From: a virus
Taxonomy: Duplodnaviria > Heunggongvirae > Uroviricota > Caudoviricetes
IMG/VR virus record: IMGVR_UViG_3300028025_004880
Strand: one strand, 5' to 3'
DNA length: 64,000 bases
Each line of letters begins with the position of its first letter. Positions within the stretch are counted from its first letter, which is position 1. A model generated the notes under the pieces. It did not search any database. It was not told the origin of the DNA and was given only the letters and a program-made list of their open reading frames with translations. Below, piece after piece: positions 58,087-64,000 of the stretch. The position numbers and the translations under genes are program-made.

Positions 58087-60354
58087 ATGAATACACACTT
58101 TAACTCAAAAGACCTATTGGCAAAACTTCTTGCCACCGAAAACCTTACGGTGCTTCGGGCACCTGTTCGTACCGCATGTTTTGACGTCGAGTCAAGAACA
58201 TTGACGCTACCGCAATGGAAAGAAATGTCCAATGAGGTGGAAGAAATGCTCATCGGTCATGAGGTAGGACATGCCTTGTTTACAACTAATGAGTACATCA
58301 AAGCCGAAACCTATACACGTTCTTTTCATGGTTACATGAATGTTTGTGAAGATGTTCGCATTGAAAAGAAAATTAAAAACAAGTATCCAGGTCTCCGTCG
58401 CACCTTTATCCAAGGATACAAAGAACTCAACGAAAAAGATTTCTTTGACATCGCAGGTAAAGACCTCACCAAAATTTTATTGATCGATAAAATAAATCTA
58501 TATTTTAAATGTGGCATCAACTGTGGTGTTCGTTTTACACCTGCTGAAATGGATCTAGTCCGTAAGGTTGAGCGCACAGATACCATGGCTGATGTTTATG
58601 ATATCGCCAACGAAATCTATACCTACGAAAAGGGTGAGCGCAAAAAGCGTCGCCAAGAAATGCGTGAAGCACGCAAACTTCTTAACTTGGATGCTGAAGA
58701 TGCCAAGGAAGAACAAGAAGAACTAGAGGAAATGCTCAATCAAGAATATGATGATGAAGCACTTGACGATGATGAATTAGATGACTATGATGAGGGCGAC
58801 ACCTCAGAAGAATCTAGCGATTCTGATTCTGAAGAATCATCTGCAACTCCTCCGTCTTCAGCAGGTGATCCATGGCTCGACAAAGATGAAGAGAAAAAAG
58901 AACCAGAAATAACTGAAGACGATGAAATTAAGTCACACACTGATGACGCATTTTATCGCAGAGTTGAAGAATATGCTGACACAGATACGGAAGTCCATAT
59001 CTATGAACCCAAGATTTTTGATAACATCTATACTGATACAGTTATTGGATACAAACGTGTTATCGCAGAACTATCGGCAGGTCGTGTTCAACGTGATATT
59101 CGCTACTATACTTCAGCTGAAGGTGTTTTTGATAAAGCAAGCCAAGCAAAGGCACTCGCCAGACACAATTCAAATGTTGAGAAATATAAATCAGAAAATT
59201 CTCGTGTTGTGAATTATCTTGTAAAAGAGTTTGAAATGCGTAAATCTGCCACTCAATATAAGAGAACGCAGACAGCGAAGATCGGACAATTGAATACAAG
59301 CAAACTTGCAGTTTACCAACTCACCGATGACCTATTCCGTCGCATACAAATTGTGCCTGATGCTAAAAATCACGGTATGATGTTTTTGCTTGACTGGTCA
59401 GGTTCTATGATGGAATGTATCGAAGATACTCTGAAGCAAGTTATCAGTCTTGCTACTTTCTGTCAACGTGCCATGATCCCATATCAAGTATTCGCATTCT
59501 CAAACGACTATGAAACTTCTTCACGTAGAGATCGCAAATTCTACTCTAGGGAAGAAGTCAAAGCGATGGGTGCGGGAAGACAGTTTATTGCTTGTGGTGG
59601 TTTTAACTTGATCGAGTTGTTTAGCAACAAGATGACAACAAGCGAATTTAATCAGCAAGTTTCTCTCATGCTTGACTCACCATGGCATCTAGATAGGAAC
59701 TATGGACTAGGTGCTACGCCATTGAACGAAGCATTATTGTATATGATTGAAACACAAATCAGCAAGTTTATGCGTGCGAATAATGTTGAAAAATTCTCGT
59801 TCATTACATTGACAGATGGTCAAGGTAGTGGCTTACAAACTGCGGATCGCGAACATCTCTATGACTCACGCTACGACTACGATACACATAAAAACATAAA
59901 AGTTAAAAACTACATGCGTGATCCAATCACTCATCGTGAGTATGCTCTTACTCGCCACAATAACACATCTGTTCTTTTACAAATTATTAAAGACAGATAT
60001 AATTGCTCAGTTGTTGGCTTCCACGTGTTGAGGAATAGCAAACGAAATGTTCAACAATTCCTTGACGATAATGTGTTTTCGGGTAATGAGTCATCTTCAG
60101 ATTGGGCACGGAAACATATTATGATGGATGAGATTCGTGTTGATTTGCGCAAAGAAGGTTTCTACAGTCTTACTGAAACTTCTCATGATGAACTATTCCT
60201 CATCTCCCAAACTAAACTCTCAATCGATGAGGGCGAACTTGAAGTCAAAGACAATATGAACTCCAAAGCGATTGCAAAGCAGTTTGAGAAGTATATGAAT
60301 GTGAAGAAAACCAGTCGTATCCTGTTGAACCGATTTGTGGGGTTGGTGGCTTAA
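58087..60354 (+). CDS. HExxH metallopeptidase-like N-domain + acidic linker + C-terminal von Willebrand factor A (vWA) domain protein. Resembles the DUF2201-type vWA partner of MoxR ATPases and is CobT-like in role
   Basis: HEVGH zincin motif at 58258-58272. Asp/Glu/Ser-rich low-complexity tract at about 58650-58960. vWA MIDAS motif LLDWSGSM (D-x-S-x-S) at 59388-59408. The track ORF from 58036 starts with TTG inside the upstream gene; the ATG at 58087 follows promoter P3. A MoxR-type AAA+ gene lies one gene downstream. Confidence 0.7.
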   Translation: MNTHFNSKDLLAKLLATENLTVLRAPVRTACFDVESRTLTLPQWKEMSNEVEEMLIGHEVGHALFTTNEYIKAETYTRSFHGYMNVCEDVRIEKKIKNKYPGLRRTFIQGYKELNEKDFFDIAGKDLTKILLIDKINLYFKCGINCGVRFTPAEMDLVRKVERTDTMADVYDIANEIYTYEKGERKKRRQEMREARKLLNLDAEDAKEEQEELEEMLNQEYDDEALDDDELDDYDEGDTSEESSDSDSEESSATPPSSAGDPWLDKDEEKKEPEITEDDEIKSHTDDAFYRRVEEYADTDTEVHIYEPKIFDNIYTDTVIGYKRVIAELSAGRVQRDIRYYTSAEGVFDKASQAKALARHNSNVEKYKSENSRVVNYLVKEFEMRKSATQYKRTQTAKIGQLNTSKLAVYQLTDDLFRRIQIVPDAKNHGMMFLLDWSGSMMECIEDTLKQVISLATFCQRAMIPYQVFAFSNDYETSSRRDRKFYSREEVKAMGAGRQFIACGGFNLIELFSNKMTTSEFNQQVSLMLDSPWHLDRNYGLGATPLNEALLYMIETQISKFMRANNVEKFSFITLTDGQGSGLQTADREHLYDSRYDYDTHKNIKVKNYMRDPITHREYALTRHNNTSVLLQIIKDRYNCSVVGFHVLRNSKRNVQQFLDDNVFSGNESSSDWARKHIMMDEIRVDLRKEGFYSLTETSHDELFLISQTKLSIDEGELEVKDNMNSKAIAKQFEKYMNVKKTSRILLNRFVGLVA

Positions 60355-60386
60355 TTAAACCCCTACTGTTGGTAGGGTTATTGATT
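60355..60386 (+). terminator. hairpin / probable intrinsic terminator after the vWA gene
   Basis: CCCTAC-TGTTG-GTAGGG (6-bp GC stem) followed by TTATTGATT, immediately before promoter P4. Confidence 0.4.
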
Positions 60387-60393
60387 AAAGTGC

Positions 60394-60422
60394 TTGACTT
60401 TAATTTGGAAATAAGATATAAT
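60394..60422 (+). promoter_or_regulatory. sigma70-type early promoter cassette P4 (TTGACT-17-TATAAT)
   Basis: AAAGTGCTTGACTTTAATTTGGAAATAAGATATAAT is near-identical to P1 over about 30 nt. TATAAT at 60417-60422. ATG at 60455. Confidence 0.65.
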
Positions 60423-60454
60423 AGTCTTATGATAATTGAAAGGGAATTTATATT

Positions 60455-60661
60455 ATGTTAGCATATTGCGATTACATGGCAAAAGTCATTAATGAGTCTT
60501 TGAAAAAAGACGCCCATGTCTACGGAACTTTCGTGGATTCAGTGGGTAAAATAAATTGGGATCTTGGTGAGAATGGTGAATTCCTTTCTACGAAGAAAAC
60601 GATGACTGTCGTTGACAGAAATGGGAAAAATTATATTGTAACTGTCCAAGAAATGATTTGA
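60455..60661 (+). CDS. small early protein (68 aa)
   Basis: ORF downstream of P4 with an AGGGA RBS. Its stop codon lies inside the -35 of P5. Confidence 0.5.
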   Translation: MLAYCDYMAKVINESLKKDAHVYGTFVDSVGKINWDLGENGEFLSTKKTMTVVDRNGKNYIVTVQEMI

Positions 60662-60686
60662 CATTAATTCTTGTATGGGGTATAAT
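60658..60686 (+). promoter_or_regulatory. sigma70-type early promoter cassette P5 (TTGACA-17-TATAAT)
   Basis: TTGACA at 60658-60663, spacer TTAATTCTTGTATGGGG, TATAAT at 60681-60686. GGAG RBS and ATG at 60720. Confidence 0.65.
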
Positions 60687-60719
60687 TTATATATGTGTTC
60701 TTTATTATGAATGGAGTGA

Positions 60720-61892
60720 ATGATGGCTAAAATTACTGAAGCCCAAATGATCGAGTTTGAAAATAAACTCAAGGAGATGTTTCCCGATGTCGCAACCAAC
60801 GGCACTGTCTCACGGAAAGAACTAATGGCTGTTCGTGATGAAGTTGGTGTTACATGGTATCCGACATGGTTGATGCAAACACAACTAAGTCGTGGTCTAT
60901 ATGCGATTCCTGGTGGATCTATTACAGCACCTGTAACAGACATTAGCAAATGGGATGCGCCTATTAAACAAAAGACGGAGTCTTACGTGGTTGATTTTAC
61001 AAATACTGATTCGTTAATCCCAAAGATCGACGGGAACTATGTTCCTTTCGGTAACCACAAAGATCTTGAACAAATTTGCGCAGCCAAGATATTCTATCCT
61101 GCATATATCTCAGGTCCAACTGGGAATGGCAAATCAACAACGATTGAACAAATTTGCGCCAAGCAAAGACGTGCGCTTATTCGTATCAACTTGAACACCA
61201 TGACTGATGAAGATCAGCTTATCGGAACTAAGACCCTCTTGAATGGCAACGTGGAGATTGTTGAAGGACCAGTGCTAATCGCTATGCGTACAGGATCTGT
61301 ATTGCTACTAGACGAGATTGACGCTGGCTCAGCAAACACTCTGTTGTGCCTACAACCAATTCTTGAGGGCAAACCCTATTACTTCAAACTTAAGAATGAA
61401 ATGATCATCCCTGCTCCTGGATTCACTGTGTTCGCTACGGCAAACACAAAGGGTAAGGGTAGCGATGATGGTCGTTACATCGGTACAAACGTCCTCAACG
61501 AAGCGTTTTTAGAGCGATTTGCGGTTACTTTCAACCAAGAGTACCCTGATGCAAAGGTCGAAAAACGGATCATTATGAACCTCATGAAGACTTACAATGC
61601 GGTTGATGAGGACTTTGCCGATAACATGGTCAAGTGGGCAGACGCTATCCGTCGCACCTTTGACGCTGGTGGCGTAGATGAAACTATCACTACACGTCGC
61701 CTCATCCATATCGTTCGTGCCTTCTCTATTTTCAAGACCCCAAAGAAGGCTATTGAACTCTGTACAAACCGATTTGACGACTCTACAAGGATCGCCTTCA
61801 ACGATTTGTTCGATAAGGTTTCAAGTGGTGAGTTGCAAGTTGAGGAAACACCTCCACAGGCGACCCCAGTGGAGCCTGTTGCAAGTGCTTGA
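60720..61892 (+). CDS. cobS: MoxR-family AAA+ ATPase (CobS-like) with an extra N-terminal domain of about 70 aa
   Basis: Walker A ISGPTGNGKSTT at about 61112-61140. Walker B VLLLDEIDAG at about 61291-61320. ...FATANTKG sensor region. Single AAA+ module of MoxR/CobS size (390 aa). Adjacent to a vWA protein. Confidence 0.85.
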   Translation: MMAKITEAQMIEFENKLKEMFPDVATNGTVSRKELMAVRDEVGVTWYPTWLMQTQLSRGLYAIPGGSITAPVTDISKWDAPIKQKTESYVVDFTNTDSLIPKIDGNYVPFGNHKDLEQICAAKIFYPAYISGPTGNGKSTTIEQICAKQRRALIRINLNTMTDEDQLIGTKTLLNGNVEIVEGPVLIAMRTGSVLLLDEIDAGSANTLLCLQPILEGKPYYFKLKNEMIIPAPGFTVFATANTKGKGSDDGRYIGTNVLNEAFLERFAVTFNQEYPDAKVEKRIIMNLMKTYNAVDEDFADNMVKWADAIRRTFDAGGVDETITTRRLIHIVRAFSIFKTPKKAIELCTNRFDDSTRIAFNDLFDKVSSGELQVEETPPQATPVEPVASA

Positions 61893-61917
61893 CTTTAATT
61901 CAAAAATCAGGTATAAT
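61889..61917 (+). promoter_or_regulatory. sigma70-type early promoter cassette P6 (TTGACT-17-TATAAT)
   Basis: CAAGTGCTTGACTTTAATTCAAAAATCAGGTATAATTATAT is a near-copy of P3. The -35 overlaps the MoxR stop codon. AGGAG RBS and ATG at 61965. Confidence 0.65.
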
Positions 61918-61964
61918 TATATGGTAGTCTTGAAAAACACACTTAACACACAGGAGTTTATATT

Positions 61965-62318
61965 ATGTTGAAATACAGTGATCTTACAAAAGGGCAAAAG
62001 CGTTGTATCGATGCGTTCATCGCTCGTCGTCCCGAACTAGCTACAGCTGACACAATGACCACCAAGGAAGTTTACAACCTTTGGAACGAGATTTATGCTC
62101 AGCGTGGTCAAGGTGGCGCCAAAGTTGGTTACCCAAATTGGCTTCCGAAATACAATCAAGTACAACGTGGCTTGGTTTACTTTCCAGGTCCAAACTCTAC
62201 AGGCGAAAAGTCTGCGCTTGAGAAGTCTAAACTTCAAAAGATTATCAATGACAGTGAGTCAACAGTCAGCGATGATGAGTTCGAAGCAGAGTTGCGAGCA
62301 AACGGAATTCAAGTTTAA
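61965..62318 (+). CDS. hypothetical early protein (117 aa) carrying a copy of the domain found at the N-terminus of the MoxR ATPase
   Basis: TKEVYNLWNEI...KVGYPNWLPKYNQVQRGLVYFPGP matches SRKELMAVRDEV-GVTWYPTWLMQTQLSRGLYAIPGG at 60812-60920. Confidence 0.55.
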   Translation: MLKYSDLTKGQKRCIDAFIARRPELATADTMTTKEVYNLWNEIYAQRGQGGAKVGYPNWLPKYNQVQRGLVYFPGPNSTGEKSALEKSKLQKIINDSESTVSDDEFEAELRANGIQV

Positions 62319-62333
62319 TACTTGAGTCTTTGT

Positions 62334-62369
62334 GGGGATGATAACTGCCATCGTCATCCCCATTTTTTT
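62334..62369 (+). terminator. rho-independent terminator
   Basis: GGGGATGA-(12-nt loop)-TCATCCCC followed by ATTTTTTT. Directly after the 61965 gene stop. Confidence 0.7.
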
Positions 62370-62383
62370 GAAGATGGCGTTAT

Positions 62384-62656
62384 ATGGAGTATTTAAACAT
62401 GTCTAAAAAAGATCTTCTTTTGAAACATCTACAAGCTGGCAAAGCATTTACTGCGAAGCAAATTACTGCTTCTTTCGGTATCGCTAACCCTGCTCGTCAC
62501 GTGCAAGTTTTGCGCGAACAAGGTTACTGTGTATACAGCAACCCTTCTAAGTTGAGCAACGGATCTGTTGCTACCAAGTATCGTATCGGCACACCAAGTC
62601 GCCGTATCGTTGCTTTGGCACAACAAATCGTTGGGGCGACTGCCTTTACACGATAA
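62384..62656 (+). CDS. small DNA-binding protein with a helix-turn-helix / winged-helix motif (90 aa; start possibly at 62399)
   Basis: LLLKHLQAGKAFTAKQITASFGIANPARHVQVLREQGYCV has the helix-turn-helix pattern (hydrophobic helix, G, recognition helix). GGAG lies 9 nt upstream of the internal ATG at 62399. The gene is bracketed by two terminators. Confidence 0.5.
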   Translation: MEYLNMSKKDLLLKHLQAGKAFTAKQITASFGIANPARHVQVLREQGYCVYSNPSKLSNGSVATKYRIGTPSRRIVALAQQIVGATAFTR

Positions 62657-62666
62657 GTGTAATACA

Positions 62667-62700
62667 ACTGAGCATTCTTCCGAGTGCTCAGTTTTGTTTT
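62667..62700 (+). terminator. rho-independent terminator
   Basis: ACTGAGCATTC-TTCC-GAGTGCTCAGT (stem about 12 bp with one wobble) followed by TTTGTTTT. Confidence 0.7.
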
Positions 62701-62717
62701 CATTTGGAGTAGTATAA

Positions 62718-62936
62718 TTGCTTTCATTACGATGGATTACCACATGGCTGTATATACTTGGGGGTTCGCTTTTAATCTTACTTGATACACCAATATGGAT
62801 ATGGGCATTTTTGAGCGCACATTTTATACTACTTTTCCTATCGATTAATATGCGTGATGTTAGATTGAAGATACAATACACTTTTCTAGTAGTTGTAGAC
62901 TTCTTTGTTATTGTCCACTTGTTTATTTTGAGGTGA
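62718..62936 (+). CDS. small hydrophobic membrane protein (72 aa), TTG start
   Basis: Two predicted transmembrane stretches (ITTWLYILGGSLLILL; IWIWAFLSAHFILLFLSI). GGAG RBS 8 nt upstream of the TTG. No in-frame ATG. Confidence 0.35.
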   Translation: MLSLRWITTWLYILGGSLLILLDTPIWIWAFLSAHFILLFLSINMRDVRLKIQYTFLVVVDFFVIVHLFILR

Positions 62937-62940
62937 CGTC

Positions 62941-63273
62941 TTGAACGATAAAGTTAAATTATCACAAACAGCTACTACGGGTGGCAGAAAATTTGATGGT
63001 GGTAAGCTACAATATGGCTTACTACCTCCACTTGCTCTAAAGGCAACTGTAGAGATTCTAACATTTGGTGCGGAGAAATACGAACCAGATAATTGGAAAC
63101 ATGTTCCAGATTCTAAGCGTAGGTACTTTGATGCTATGCAAAGACATCTATGGGCATGGAAAGAGGGCGAGCAAAATGATCCCGAAACTGGGAAGAACCA
63201 TTTGGCTCACGCAATGTGTTGTTTGATGTTTCTATATGAGCATGATATAAAATATAGTTTGGAGAAGAAATGA
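62941..63273 (+). CDS. conserved phage protein (110 aa), TTG start; resembles the N-terminal domain of phage dATP/dGTP-diphosphohydrolase-like proteins (uncertain)
   Basis: GGRKFDGGKLQYGLLPPLALKATVEILTFGAEKYEPDNWKHV is a motif I associate with a phage DUF family (K..D.GK...L.P......A.VL.FGA.KY...NW). GAGGTGA RBS before the TTG. Confidence 0.4.
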   Translation: MNDKVKLSQTATTGGRKFDGGKLQYGLLPPLALKATVEILTFGAEKYEPDNWKHVPDSKRRYFDAMQRHLWAWKEGEQNDPETGKNHLAHAMCCLMFLYEHDIKYSLEKK

Positions 63274-63446
63274 TTAAAATCGTAGCAGTTTTTCTTTTTG
63301 TGTTTGCTCTTTTCTACTTTGGTATCGAAGCATTTAATCGAAAGACCAATGTTGAGAAATGGGATGTCGCTAAAACATTCTCTTACAGTTTAGCATTGGC
63401 GCTGGCTGTTGTTGTATTTCTTGTTAGTATCGTTGTTTTATTTTAA
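63270..63446 (+). CDS. small membrane protein (58 aa)
   Basis: ATGA overlap with the upstream stop. MIKIVAVFLFVFALFYFGIEAF...LALALAVVVFLVSIVVLF gives two transmembrane helices. Below the track threshold. Confidence 0.35.
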   Translation: MIKIVAVFLFVFALFYFGIEAFNRKTNVEKWDVAKTFSYSLALALAVVVFLVSIVVLF

Positions 63447-63455
63447 GGATTTTAA

Positions 63456-64000
63456 ATGAAAAAAGTTTTTACACTTTCTATCTTGGCTGCTGCTATTCTT
63501 GCCAGTGGGTGTACTCGTATTGAGACAGGCGAAGTTGGTTTGCGTCGTGGCTTCGACAAGCAAGTTAAGACAGAAGAATTGCTTCCTGGCTCATTCAACC
63601 AAGTTATCATTGGTGAAGTTTTGACTTTCCCAGTGAAAGAAATCTCTGTCAAGGTTGAAGACATGACTCCATTGGCTAAAGATAACAGCACAATGAAAGA
63701 CTTCGACACATTGGTTACGTATAACATTAATCAAGCGCAGGTCGCCGAGATTTATAATGCCAAGAATCGTAGCTTCCATGCTATTCATAATGGTGATGTT
63801 TACTTGATGTATAACTATATCTTCAATGCTTCACGTAATGCCATCTACAAAGCTGCACGTAAGTATGAAGCATTAGAAATGGGCGATGCTCGTCAAGCCA
63901 TGGAAACTGAAATTAAAGAACAGATTATTAAAACATTGGCTGATGAAAAGCTGGATGGAACCATTGTTATCGGACAGGTTCTAATCCGCAATATCGTGCC
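63456..64000 (+). CDS. lipoprotein with an SPFH (Band-7 / HflK-HflC / prohibitin-like) domain; C-terminus beyond the window end
   Basis: Signal peptide and lipobox MKKVFTLSILAAAILASGC. SPFH-type N-terminal signature TRIETGEVGLRRGFDKQV...LLPGSFNQVIIGEVLTFPVKE, then coiled-coil-like KYEALEMGDARQAMETEIKEQI. ORF is open to position 64000. Confidence 0.6.
   Translation, partial: MKKVFTLSILAAAILASGCTRIETGEVGLRRGFDKQVKTEELLPGSFNQVIIGEVLTFPVKEISVKVEDMTPLAKDNSTMKDFDTLVTYNINQAQVAEIYNAKNRSFHAIHNGDVYLMYNYIFNASRNAIYKAARKYEALEMGDARQAMETEIKEQIIKTLADEKLDGTIVIGQVLIRNIV

Noticed and set aside
1-64000. Searched for CRISPR arrays, integrase/transposase genes, IS elements, direct or inverted terminal repeats, and homing-endonuclease insertions in core genes
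   Set aside because: No periodic direct repeats with unique spacers, no recombinase-like ORFs, and no interrupted core genes were seen. The only repeated DNA recognised is the promoter-cassette family and the intragenic fibre repeats.

Overview
The whole window is one strand-biased block of a T4-like myovirus (Straboviridae-type) genome. It is AT-rich, almost every gene is on the + strand, and genes are tightly packed or overlap by ATGA/TAATG junctions. Several ORFs align to T4 proteins I can recite from memory: portal gp20, sheath gp18, tube gp19, terminase gp17, sheath terminator gp15, prohead protease gp21, capsid gp23, wedge gp8, wedge gp53, hub/spike gp5, UvsY, gp55, and gp47/gp46. Gene order is the marine/cyanophage T4-like arrangement, with gp25 sitting between gp5 and gp6 and the order gp23, gp3-like, uvsY, uvsW, gp55, gp47, gp46. 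Left to right the window holds five minus-strand morphogenesis genes (gp54-like, gp4 and three unassigned). Then comes the baseplate module: gp48-like, gp53, gp27-like, gp5, a PAAR protein, gp25, gp6, gp7 and gp8. Next are two giant virion proteins (2239 and 1842 aa), each followed by a small protein with a T7-gp17-like N-terminal domain. A tail-fibre paralogue cluster follows, then neck genes gp13/gp14/gp15, TerL, and sheath-tube-portal-prohead-capsid genes. After those come the recombination genes UvsY, UvsW, gp47 and gp46, plus late sigma factor gp55. The last ~6.5 kb is an early region built from repeated sigma70-type promoter cassettes driving small ORFs. The unusual content is concentrated here and in gp5. 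The early region encodes an HExxH-vWA protein paired with a MoxR/CobS-like AAA+ ATPase, an N-terminal domain duplicated between that ATPase and a downstream 117-aa protein, an HTH protein, small membrane proteins, and an SPFH/Band-7 lipoprotein cut by the window end. The gp5 spike carries two different muralytic domains (GH19-like and M15-like) around a gp5C-type beta-helix. No tRNA, CRISPR, integrase or transposase was found.
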